A DNA stretch of 18,966 nt from Verrucomicrobiales bacterium (GTDB lineage: Bacteria; Verrucomicrobiota; Verrucomicrobiia; Verrucomicrobiales; SLCJ01): contig JBJTQJ010000028.1 of the NCBI GenBank assembly GCA_046075565.1, forward strand, positions 1 to 18,966, given 5' to 3'. Below the pieces are notes generated by a model. It searched no databases. It was not told the DNA's origin and saw nothing but the letters and a program-made list of their open reading frames with translations. Made by a program: the position numbers and the translations under genes. Each line of letters starts with the position of its first letter. The first letter of the stretch is position 1. Below are positions 1 through 8,916 of this stretch, piece after piece.

Positions 1-1156
1 CGACTTCGGCTTCTTTTGCGTCGGTGGATTCCTCGGATTCAATCACACTTTCCTCCCCACTGGCTGGCTCGGCTTCATCGGAGGAAACAGGCTCGGTAGG
101 CGGCACCTCCGACTCCGGGGCTGCGGCTTCGGCGGGAATCACTTCGGTGGCTTCGCTTTCGGCCGCAATCTCGGAGACTTCGTCGGGAACAACTGTTTCG
201 GTTGGTTCAGGAGTTTCCGCTACTTTCTCCTGCTTGGGGGGACGGGTGGCGGGATCCTTGAGCCAGATCCACTCGATGGACTTGCGCTGTGATTCGAGCC
301 ATTTTTCGACGAGCGCGGGATCGTGTTCTGTCCGGATACGCCGGCGATAGGCCTCCATGGGGAGATTGGCGAATTTTTCCCGATGCAAACGGGCGACCGC
401 GGGCTGATAACTGTGGTGGTTGGGCGGACCGATCAACTCCCCGGAAAAGCCGCACACGGCCACGGAGGTGAAGATGCCTCGTGGGGCCTCGCGTTCCACC
501 TCGATGGCGCGGTAGTATTTGTCGAGCGCGACAGAGGACAAGACATGGGCGATGGCCTCGTCGCGGGTCCTCCAAACCGAGCCATCGGCAGGCACACGCC
601 ACAGCGATGTTTTCCCCTCCTCAACGGAAAGGCGGATGCGGTAACGGCTCCCATGACTAAGCAGGAGTTTCGAAGCCTCGAAAACACTGAACGCGTGTTT
701 GGTTGTGCGCACATGGGCGGCGAGCGCATCGACTGCCTTTTCGTCGGGTTCGGGCGCGGCGCTGATTCCCTCCGGCAACGGAGGCGGACGCTGATCACGG
801 AAATCCCGCCGATCCCCTCCCCGATCATCGCGCCTGGCGTCTTGACGCGGCCTGCCAAATCCTCCCTTTCCCCCATCGCGCCGATCACGAGGTGGTCCCC
901 CGCCCTCCCGGCGGTCGCGGAAATCCCGCCGCTCACCTCGAGGTGGACCACCACCTCCGCCAAAACCACGTTCATCGCGCCCGCGTCCGGGGCCGCGTTG
1001 CCCGTCGCGTCGGCGGTCGCCACGCTCCTCGTCACGGGCGGCAGGATGTTCTTCCCACGAAGACGCCGAACCCTGGCCGAGCTGGTTGACCCAGGTCGGC
1101 ATGATTTGCAGTCCGGACAAGTCGACTGGCTGAGGAGTGGAGGAATCGTCGCTCAC
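1..1156 (-). CDS. Hypothetical protein, 3' end beyond the window; N-terminal R/G/D-rich low-complexity arm, central folded domain, acidic E/P/A-rich arm
   Basis: The minus frame from GTG at 1156-1154 stays open to the window edge: MSDDSSTPQPVDLSGLQIMPTWVNQLG...GGGGGPPRGERRDFRDRREGGGPPRDRRDGG...AVCGFSGELIGPPNHHSYQPAVARLHREKF...EESTDAKEAEV. It is absent from the ORF track because it has no stop in the window. The + ORFs 24..350 and 323..1165 are its antisense shadows. Confidence 0.85.
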   Translation of the reverse strand, partial: MSDDSSTPQPVDLSGLQIMPTWVNQLGQGSASSWEEHPAARDEERGDRRRDGQRGPGRGRDERGFGGGGGPPRGERRDFRDRREGGGPPRDRRDGGKGGFGRPRQDARRDDRGGDRRDFRDQRPPPLPEGISAAPEPDEKAVDALAAHVRTTKHAFSVFEASKLLLSHGSRYRIRLSVEEGKTSLWRVPADGSVWRTRDEAIAHVLSSVALDKYYRAIEVEREAPRGIFTSVAVCGFSGELIGPPNHHSYQPAVARLHREKFANLPMEAYRRRIRTEHDPALVEKWLESQRKSIEWIWLKDPATRPPKQEKVAETPEPTETVVPDEVSEIAAESEATEVIPAEAAAPESEVPPTEPVSSDEAEPASGEESVIESEESTDAKEAEV

Positions 1157-1261
1157 GATGGATAGCTTCTTGAAGGTTGCTGGAAATGGTCCCTGACCGG
1201 TAAGCATCCCTTGCCCGGGCGCGGGTGGCAATCAAAACTTCGGGTAATTTGCAACCTCTTC

Positions 1262-1291
1262 TCGACAAACCCACCCTGGAACTGCTACTCT
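1262..1291 (+). promoter_or_regulatory. Possible sigma70-type promoter for the DUF4407 gene
   Basis: TCGACA (1262-1267), 18 bp spacer, then TACTCT (1286-1291) preceded by TGC (extended -10-like), ending 14 nt before ATG 1306. Confidence 0.3.
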
Positions 1292-1305
1292 GCGCGTCAA
1301 TTGCC

Positions 1306-2997
1306 ATGAATCCGCCTCCTTCTTCCCTGCAACGCTTCTTCTTCTGGCTCTCCGGAGCCGGAACCCAGACCCTCGAAAATTGTCCGAATTGGGAGCAACG
1401 GAAATACGCCGCCTTCGGGGCGACCGTGCTTGTGCCGACGATTTTCGCCTTCATTTCGTGCGCCTATGCGATCTCGACCCTTACGGATAACTGGCGCGTG
1501 ATTCTGCCGGTAGCCGTGGCCTGGGGGTTCATCATTCTCACCATCGACCGCGCTTTGCTTGCCAGCTACAGGCCCTATCAGGGCTTCATGAGAAAATTCG
1601 GCCAATTCACCCTGCGGTTCGCGGTGGCCATGCTCATGGGGCTCACCATTTCCCATCCACTCACCCTGCTCCTCTTCAAAGACACCATCCAAGCCGAAGT
1701 GGAAGCCGACCGGCAGGCCGAAATCGAAACAGCCCGCGCCTCGGGTGAGGTCGAGAAAGCCAAGGTGCGGGATGCCATCGCGGTGGTGGAAACCTCCATC
1801 GGCGAGTTGCGAACCAAGTGGGACAAGACCTTCAATGCCGAATTCATCGCGGGCCGCGAAGTAGAGGGAGGCGATGTGGATGCAGTCGCGAAAACCGAAG
1901 CCCAGAAGGCGATGGAAGCAGCGGCCACCGAGGCCACCGCCACCATGCGCGCCACGCTCGGCAACGTGGACAAAGAACTCGAAACCGCCCAAGCTGACGC
2001 GAGAAAACTGCAGGGTGAACTCGATTTCTGGCAACGCGAGTTCGAACGCGAAGTCAATGGCCAGCGCAGCGGGATTGTCGGCCTCGGCCCGCGCGCCCGC
2101 AGTGTCCAGGACGACCAACTCATCTGGCGTCGCGAGGAAGCAAAACGCCAGGCCATCGCTCTGGAGAATCTAACAAAGGAACGTGACCGGTTGCGTGTCG
2201 AAATCGCCGCCACCGAGAGCGGGGTCGCCGCCGAATTTGCCAACCACGCCACCGAAATCGCCACACTCGCCAAGGCGGAACGCGACCGTGTGGAAACTTT
2301 GCGGCGCCAGGTCGAACAGGCTCAAGCGGATCAATTCGTCGACCAACAGAATGCCATCCGGTCCACCCTTTCGAAACAAATCGACACCCGGCTGGAGGAG
2401 GTCAACCGCCTCCAGGGTGAAATGGCGTCAGTGGCTAGCGCAAGCGAACAACGGATCACCGGCATCCGCAACGAACCCCGTCGCGACATCCTCACCCAGA
2501 CCCTCGCCCTACACGAACTCTTCAATCGGGGCGAGGATGGCGGCCGATTCGCTCTCACCGCTTATCTCGTTCTCACACTGCTTTTCATGCTCGTGGACAC
2601 CATCCCGCTCATCGTCAAATTCTTCTCCAAGGCCGGTCCTTATGATACCCTGCTCGACCGTGAGGAAACCCGGTTCGAATCCGAACGCCAGGCCTTCCTG
2701 ATCGCGCACCGTCGTTACATGGCCCAGCTGGCATCCGGAAAACTCCTGACTCTCACCGGAGACAAACCCCTCGAACGCGCCCTCATCACCGGCATCGAGC
2801 AATCGAAAGCGGCGAGTGAATTCCTGAATTTACTGATGGAAATGGAGAAAGCGTTTGAGGAACGGATGACCTCCGAACGGAGCCGCGCGTCATCCCACGC
2901 GTCGTCCGCCGCTCTGGAAGCCATGGCCGAAAACTTCTACTCCGATCTTCGCCGCCGAATGGAGCAGTTTTTCAAGCACAGCGAAGTCCAGACTTGA
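1306..2997 (+). CDS. DUF4407-family membrane protein with long coiled coil
   Basis: Long ORF, with ATG 1306 the likely start. It has N-terminal hydrophobic helices (YAAFGATVLVPTIFAFISCAYAI; WGFIILTIDRALL; LRFAVAMLMGLTISHPLTLLLFKDTI), a heptad-rich middle with GIVGLGPRA, and a C-terminal helix LFMLVDTIPLIVKFF followed by GPYD. This layout is typical of DUF4407. Confidence 0.8.
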   Translation: MNPPPSSLQRFFFWLSGAGTQTLENCPNWEQRKYAAFGATVLVPTIFAFISCAYAISTLTDNWRVILPVAVAWGFIILTIDRALLASYRPYQGFMRKFGQFTLRFAVAMLMGLTISHPLTLLLFKDTIQAEVEADRQAEIETARASGEVEKAKVRDAIAVVETSIGELRTKWDKTFNAEFIAGREVEGGDVDAVAKTEAQKAMEAAATEATATMRATLGNVDKELETAQADARKLQGELDFWQREFEREVNGQRSGIVGLGPRARSVQDDQLIWRREEAKRQAIALENLTKERDRLRVEIAATESGVAAEFANHATEIATLAKAERDRVETLRRQVEQAQADQFVDQQNAIRSTLSKQIDTRLEEVNRLQGEMASVASASEQRITGIRNEPRRDILTQTLALHELFNRGEDGGRFALTAYLVLTLLFMLVDTIPLIVKFFSKAGPYDTLLDREETRFESERQAFLIAHRRYMAQLASGKLLTLTGDKPLERALITGIEQSKAASEFLNLLMEMEKAFEERMTSERSRASSHASSAALEAMAENFYSDLRRRMEQFFKHSEVQT

Positions 2998-3006
2998 AGA
3001 ATACGG

Positions 3007-3999
3007 TCAGACCGGCTCGCACAAAGCGCGTAGATTCTCTTCAGGAGTGCGGCTGGGGATTTTCGCACCCGGCCGCTACCAGATAACGGGGGCCCGCCTT
3101 GGCATGGCACTCCCTGACGGCCCGGCGAATCTCTTCAGGTGAGGAGCGCAGCACGCCTGCCACCGGATCGAGATTGCCAGCGATCACGGTGCGTTCACCC
3201 AGTTTCTCCCGCACGACCGCCAAATCCACCATGTGATACACATCGATGATGTCGAGGTCAAGGCTGGCCAACCCCGGCAGCAGATGGGTGATGTTTCCGC
3301 AGATATGCATGCGGACCTTTCCACCTGCTTCCTTCAAGCCCTGCACCAGTCTCTGCTGACGCGGCAGGACGAGTTCCTCATACAAATCACGCGAGATCTG
3401 GCTGGCCGCGGCATCGCCAATACCGATGGTATCCGCTCCCGCCTCGATTTGGGCACGACCGAAATCCAGCGCGACAGCCACACACAAATCCATCAGTGCC
3501 GTGGCATACGATTCGTCATCCATCAGATCCATGAAGAAGTTGTCCATCCGCCGCAAGTCCGTGGCCTCGGCGGCTGGTCCTTCGACCCAGCCTAGAATCG
3601 AGTATTGACCGCCTACCAGGGAATTGTAGGCGCGCACGGCCTCGATCCGATCTCGCATGCGTTCCGATTGCAGGGGATCCGGTCGTGCGAGTTTCGTAAA
3701 GTCCGGATCTTCAGACAATGGATGGTTTCACAATGAGGCACCATGTCGCGCTCAAAGATGATCTTCGCTCCGAAGCCCTGGGTCTCCCGGTAAGGATCGG
3801 AGATCGTGCTCACCTGATCCATACCGAAGTCTCGCGCGCAGGCCAGGTTGGCTTCCGTGAGAACGCGGAAATCCGAAGCGAATTGCCCGTAGTTGCTCCC
3901 GATGTGTTCGGCCGCGAACTGCATGAGAATTGGGACACGCGCCAAATGGCCGACCGGGTGACCATCGAGAGTGGCCATGTAGCGTTCAAATCCGTTCAT
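3007..3999 (-). pseudogene. Uroporphyrinogen decarboxylase superfamily / MtaA-CmuA-like methyltransferase, disrupted by two frameshifts
   Basis: The 5' part (ORF 3613..3999: VPILMQFAA...SDPYRETQGFGA) and 3' part (ORF 3041..3718: GADTIGIGDAAAS, MHICGN, IAGNLDP, AAGCE) join if one base is restored near 3722-3726 (ETHPLSEDPD). Removing one T from TTTT at 3060-3063 restores the family-like ending GCEIPSRTPEENLRALCEPV* with TGA at 3009-3007. Confidence 0.8.
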
Positions 4000-4012
4000 G
4001 TGGTAACAAGTT

Positions 4013-4966
4013 TTACTGCTTCTGAAAGCGGTGCCAATTGATTTTCACATCATTCGTCTGCTTTTTCCCGGGGGTGCTGCGTCCGTTGCTGACGAGTTCA
4101 TCCATCAGTGATGAAGGTTCCTCCACCAGTTCAGGCTTTTCAGAGTAAAGATTTTTCGTTTCGCCGAGATCTTCGGCAAGATTGCAGAGAAAGGCAGATG
4201 TTTCTCCGGACTTGGCGGACGCTTGTTTGTTATTCCTGCCACCCGGCCCATAAATGATCTTCCATGGTCCTTTTCGCAAGGCTATCGCCCTGCTAGGTGC
4301 CTGGCTCACGGCGTTTTCGCGGATGGCTTTCGACGGATCTTTGAAAAGCGCCAAGAGGCTGAAGCTGTCCTCGCCGGCATCATCAGGAAGCTCGTGACCG
4401 AGGGTTTCCGCCACCGTCGCGAAAATGTCCGCCTGATGAACCAATTGATCACAGACGGAACCCGCCGCAACTCTTCCGGGCCAACGAACAATGAACGGGA
4501 CACGATGCCCTCCTTCCCAGGCGTCGAATTTGTATCCGCGAAGCGGTCCACTGGAGAAATGCCCTTTCGCTTCCAACTCCTTGCCTCCGGCATACGGCGC
4601 ATGACCATTGTCGCTGGTCAGGATAACCAGCGTGTTGTCCACCAATCCCGCTTGCTCAATCGCGGCGAGGACCCAACCGATGGCGTCATCGGTCTCAAAG
4701 ATGAAGTCCCCATAGGAACCGAGGTCGCTCTTTCCCTGCCATGGTTTATTGGGAGAAATCGGGGTGTGCGGTGCCGTCATCGGGAAATACAGAAAAAAAG
4801 GTTCTTTGGCCTTGGCATGCTCGCCAATCCATGCACAGGCACGCTCGGTGATGGTCGGGAGAATCGGCTCCAAAGTCCAATCCGCTAGCGCGGGCCCTGG
4901 CATGCTGGCCTGGTTGTTCTTCAACAAACGTGCCGGAAGGAATTCACTTGGAATACCGACCGTGCG
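4013..4966 (-). pseudogene. Arylsulfatase A-like sulfatase, C-terminal remnant lacking signal peptide, DD metal site and CxxxR motif
   Basis: It contains PFFLYFPMTAPHTP, NTLVILTSDNG, LRGYKFDAWEGGHRVPFIVRWPG and NLAEDLGETKNL. Sulfatase-like sequence begins abruptly at RTVGIPSE (~4966), and upstream DNA belongs to the preceding sulfatase in another frame. Confidence 0.8.
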
Positions 4967-6421
4967 GCGCGAATCCGCCAGTCCCCGCGATCCTGCGGAC
5001 CCGCCGCAAGGCGGGCGTGGTGTCATGGTGGCACCGGAAGATACCAATCCGAGGGATGAAGGAACGTTTCAAGATCCCTTTCGTCGCCGACGGTGAAGAC
5101 CACGCGGTCGCGATCCCCGGGAGTGACTTTGTTCCAATAATCCTCGAAGGCCGCCCGCATGGATTCAACGACATCGGGATGATCGGCAATGACATTCCGC
5201 GCTTGGGCGGGGTCTTTCTTGATGTCGTAGAGTTCGGCATTGTTCACCAACCGCCATCGTTCCGTCATGGCGACGGTTTGTTCCCATTTCTTCGGTTTGA
5301 AGGTGCGCTGGAGTTCCACGAAGTGCGTGCGATCGGGAACAACGAACGATTTATCCCGCAATTGCGGGGCGAAGCTGCGGCCATCAAACTTATCCTTGCC
5401 AGACAATTTCAGTCCACAGAAATCTGCCAAGGTCGGCAACAAATCGATATGCGCGTTCAGCCCGCCCACATCCTCGCCTTGGCGGATTTTCCCCGCGGGC
5501 CAGTGCAAGAAGCAGGGCACACGATGACCGCCATCATAGACCTGCCCTTTTCCTCCCCTCATGCCGGCATTGAAGACTTCTATGCCATCGGTCCCGCCGT
5601 TGTCGGTGAGAAAGATGATGATGGTATCACGGTCCATTTTTTCCGCGGCAAGGGCCGAACGGAGCCTGCCGATTTGTTCGTCGATTTTCCCGATGGCCGT
5701 GAAGAAATAGGCGGTTCTTTCATCCACCTGGTTCTTGTAGGCATCCGCCCATTTCGGGTCCGGCAGGGTGTGCGGCGTGTGCGGGAGATAGGTGCAAAGA
5801 TAAGTGAAGAAGGGTTGGTTCCGTTTTCCGCTTTTGCGGGCGAACTCAATGGCCGCGTTGAAGAATATCTCCGGAGCCCATCCGTCGATTTGTTTCCATT
5901 CGCCGTTGTGCAGATAATGGTCATTGACGCGGTCATTCAGAAAATAATCGTCGGTGGTGCCGGTGCCACCATCTCCCTGGCCGAGCCATTCGTCGAAACC
6001 CCTATCGATGGGACGGAAAGGCAGATTCGAACCCAGATGCCACTTGCCGAACATCCCCGTGCGATAGCCGTTGGCCCGGAAGATGTCTGCCATGGTCAAT
6101 TCGCCTTCACGCAGGTGATTGCCACCGGCGATGGTATGCCAGACCTTCACATGGTGGGGGTATTTTCCTGTCAGCAAGGCCGAGCGTGTGGGCGAACAGG
6201 TCGGATCGACGTGGAAGTCGGTCAGCCGCGCCGATTCCGCATGGAGTTTGTCGAGTTGAGGTGTGCGGAGAATCGGATTGCCATGCGCGGCCACATCGCC
6301 ATAACCCATGTCATCGACAAGAAGGCTGGGCCTTGTCCGCCGCGGGTGAAATGCCGAGAGACAAGGAGGCTCCCAGGCATAGGCCAAAGCGAAAAAAGCG
6401 TCTGGCCCAATAAAGCGTCAT
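4967..6421 (-). pseudogene. Secreted arylsulfatase, disrupted by an N-terminal frameshifting deletion, a premature TGA and a truncated C-terminus
   Basis: ATG 6421-6419 overlaps the upstream stop (ATGA) and gives signal peptide MTLYWARRFFRFGLCLGASLSLGISPAADKAQ(P). The frame shifts at ~6325 into LLVDDMGYGD, so the usual PN-hydrophobic stretch is missing. The core has CSPTRSALLTG, GKWHLG, TDNGG and MRGGKGQVYDGGHRVP. TGA at 5025-5023 is followed in frame by HHARLAAGPQDRGDWRIRAAR up to the junction. Confidence 0.8.
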
Positions 6422-7851
6422 TTCTTCTTTTCAGCGGGATTCTTCTTGTTCTTCGCCGAGGCCGACTCGGAAGGATACAATGGCTTTGGATTTTCCACCC
6501 TTCCGGATGGACGGCGGGCCGTGGGTTGGTCACCGCCGATCTCCTGAGTCATCTTGGCGGCAAGCGCGGTTAGTTTGGCAACAATCTCCGGATGCGCGGC
6601 GGCTACATTCTTCGTTTCGCCAATGTCGTCATTCAGATTGTAGAGGCGCGGTTCATTGGTCTTGGCATCATCCGGGATGGGCATGCCCATGGAAAAGTTC
6701 TGGGGTGTGAGGGCGAGTTTCCACGGACCTTCGCGCACGGCCTGGACATCGTAGCGGGAGAAGTAGTAGTGGACACCACGTGGGGACTCCGTGGTTTTAC
6801 CGAACAAGAGCGGCGAGAGATCGCGTCCGTCAATGACCGGAGTGGCCGGCACGGTGCCACCGGCGAGGGTGACGATCGTGGGCAGCAAGTCGATGGTGCC
6901 GGCAACCGCATCAACGGCCTTCGCGGCGGGCACTTTTCCCGGCCACCAGGCGATGGTTGGGACGCGAACGCCTCCCTCCCAGGTGCTGCCTTTTCCGCCA
7001 CGTAACGGCCCGGAGCTTCCGCTATCCTTTTCCTTGATGAGCCATGGGCCGTTGTCGCTGGTGAAAACAACAAGGGTGTTTTCCGCGATGCCCAGTGTTT
7101 TCAGTGTTTCGAGGATTTTTCCCGTGGACCAATCGACCTCTTCTATCCAATCGCCGACGTTGCCGTTGGATGATTTGCCGCGGAATTTCTCGCCCGGGTG
7201 GATGGGTGTGTGGATGGCAGTGTGGGGAAGATAGAGGAAAAATGGCTTGTCCTTGTTCGTGGTGATGAATCGCACGGCCTCGTCGGTGTATTGCTCGACA
7301 AGGAGTGACTGCCGCTCATCGGTGAGGAGTTCCGCCACTTTGTCGTCGCGCACCAGTGGATGGCACTTTTCGCCTGTCTCCGTGGATTTGCGCCACATGT
7401 CATTCGAGTATGGGATGCCCAAGTAACCGTCGAATCCCTGTTTGGTGGGAAGAAACTCGGCCTGATCCCCAACGTGCCATTTCCCGATGCACATGGTGGA
7501 GTATCCCAGCGTCTTGAGGTGATCGGCGATGGTGAATTCCGCCGGGTTGAGGCCTTCCGCGTTCCCCGGACCGTAAACCTCCGGCACGCTGACGCGGGCA
7601 CCGTAGCAACCGGTCAGCAACTGCGCGCGCGAAACCGAACAAACAGGGGCGGCATAGAACGAGGTGAGTTTTGTCCCTTCGGCCGCCATTTTGTCGAGGG
7701 CCGGTGTTTTCTGAATCGTCGCTCCATACGCACCGATGTCACCGTAACCCATATCATCCATGAAGATGACCACGAAATTCGGTTTGGATGCGGCGGTTGC
7801 GGAAACGGTGATTGCACAAAACGCAAAGATTAAGGTGAGCAGGGACTTCAT
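6418..7851 (-). CDS. Secreted sulfatase (arylsulfatase A / GALNS-like)
   Basis: Signal peptide MKSLLTLIFAFCAITVSATAA, followed by KPNFVVIFMDDMGYGD, CSVSRAQLLTG, GKWHVG, GIPYSNDM, FTSDNGPW and LRGGKGSTWEGGVRVP. Confidence 0.92.
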   Translation of the reverse strand: MKSLLTLIFAFCAITVSATAASKPNFVVIFMDDMGYGDIGAYGATIQKTPALDKMAAEGTKLTSFYAAPVCSVSRAQLLTGCYGARVSVPEVYGPGNAEGLNPAEFTIADHLKTLGYSTMCIGKWHVGDQAEFLPTKQGFDGYLGIPYSNDMWRKSTETGEKCHPLVRDDKVAELLTDERQSLLVEQYTDEAVRFITTNKDKPFFLYLPHTAIHTPIHPGEKFRGKSSNGNVGDWIEEVDWSTGKILETLKTLGIAENTLVVFTSDNGPWLIKEKDSGSSGPLRGGKGSTWEGGVRVPTIAWWPGKVPAAKAVDAVAGTIDLLPTIVTLAGGTVPATPVIDGRDLSPLLFGKTTESPRGVHYYFSRYDVQAVREGPWKLALTPQNFSMGMPIPDDAKTNEPRLYNLNDDIGETKNVAAAHPEIVAKLTALAAKMTQEIGGDQPTARRPSGRVENPKPLYPSESASAKNKKNPAEKKK

Positions 7852-7881
7852 GATGTGATGGCTTGGCAAGGGATGGAAAGA

Positions 7882-8877
7882 CTACTTCTTCGGGGCAAAA
7901 AACTTGATGAGATACGCGGTGGCGGATTCCGCAGCAGAATCAGCCTCAACGGGCGCGATGACCTCGCATCCGATACCCAATTCGGCACAGCGCCGCTGGA
8001 GGCCGATGCCGAAATTCGCCGAGTGGGTGGGATCTTTCTGGTCTTTGCCCATGGCGGGAGCCATGGAATAAAAGATGGCCACTGGCGGGTCGTCCTTGCT
8101 GCTGAGGGCATAAGGCGAATACTCCTTGATCCATGGCAGCAAACTCTCCCGCTCCGCGAGCGCCTGCGCGAAAGTTTTCTTCCCGTAGGCGTGGCCGCCG
8201 TAACTACTGTTGGGAATCCACTCCTTGGCCTCTTTGGGGTCGAGAGTCGTTTGAGCGCCGATCACGGCGGCGTAGACCAGACGGGTTGACTGACGGGCGA
8301 TGGGGTCGGCGCTCTTTGGATCGGCCATGTCATCGTGATAGGCCAGCCACAAACTGGTGCAGGCTCCAGCCGAGCCACCGGCTGCCGCAACACGTTCGGG
8401 ATCGATATTCCAGTCGGCGGCCTTGTTCCGGATGAATTGCAGGGTCCGCGCGGAATCTTGCATCGGCGCTTTGACCGGGGGTTCCACTCCTTCGATTACG
8501 GCCTGCGGGATCATCCGGTAGTTGTTGGCCGCCACGGAGATACCCGCGTCGAGCAAAGCTTTGACATCGACGAAACGGTGGACGCGTTCCTTGCTGCCGC
8601 CCGTCCAGCCACCGCCGTGGATGGCAAGCACGAGAGGGGTCGGCTTGTCTGATTTGGCTTGCCAGAAGTCGAGGACGTTGCGCGCATGGGGACCGTATTT
8701 CACCCCGGCATGGGTTGGCGCGGGCACACTGGCATCATACTTCTCCGGGGCTTCTTTGGCCCGGTTCGCTTTCGCGGCCGCATTTTGTTTTGGCGGAGAC
8801 TTCGGCTTGGCGGGTTCGTCCGCATGGAGAAGCGGCCCGGAGAGCAAAACCACGAGAAGAGGGAGAATGATTTTCAT
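7882..8877 (-). CDS. Secreted alpha/beta hydrolase (HSL/BD-FAE-like esterase, possibly a carbohydrate esterase)
   Basis: Signal peptide, oxyanion motif HGGGWTGG, NYR, nucleophile elbow GGSAG and C-terminal DPTHS. Confidence 0.88.
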   Translation of the reverse strand: MKIILPLLVVLLSGPLLHADEPAKPKSPPKQNAAAKANRAKEAPEKYDASVPAPTHAGVKYGPHARNVLDFWQAKSDKPTPLVLAIHGGGWTGGSKERVHRFVDVKALLDAGISVAANNYRMIPQAVIEGVEPPVKAPMQDSARTLQFIRNKAADWNIDPERVAAAGGSAGACTSLWLAYHDDMADPKSADPIARQSTRLVYAAVIGAQTTLDPKEAKEWIPNSSYGGHAYGKKTFAQALAERESLLPWIKEYSPYALSSKDDPPVAIFYSMAPAMGKDQKDPTHSANFGIGLQRRCAELGIGCEVIAPVEADSAAESATAYLIKFFAPKK

Positions 8878-8916
8878 GGGTAGGTAATGGAGAGATTCTG
8901 ACTCCGATTCATGCGT

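Noticed and set aside
323-1165. 280-aa + strand ORF, plus 24..350 and 433..1035
   Set aside because: These are antisense or alternate-frame shadows of the minus-strand gene 1..1156, which gives the more protein-like translation.
3700-3740. Programmed ribosomal frameshift in the URO-D-like gene
   Set aside because: There is no slippery heptamer or evident stimulator. A second frameshift and neighbouring lesions point to decay or sequencing error.
3007-3999. Calling the gene hemE
   Set aside because: It lacks the HemE N-terminal W.MRQAGRY motif and has the H-x-C...C pattern of the methyltransferase branch.
5023-5025. In-frame TGA as selenocysteine or as an alternative genetic code (TGA=Trp/Gly)
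   Set aside because: TGA is the normal stop of serS, the DUF4407 gene, the FAD oxidoreductase and others here. The site is not catalytic and the gene carries other lesions.
4930-6573. 547-aa + strand ORF opposite the sulfatase pseudogene
   Set aside because: It is an in-register antisense shadow typical of GC-rich coding DNA, with no recognisable motifs.
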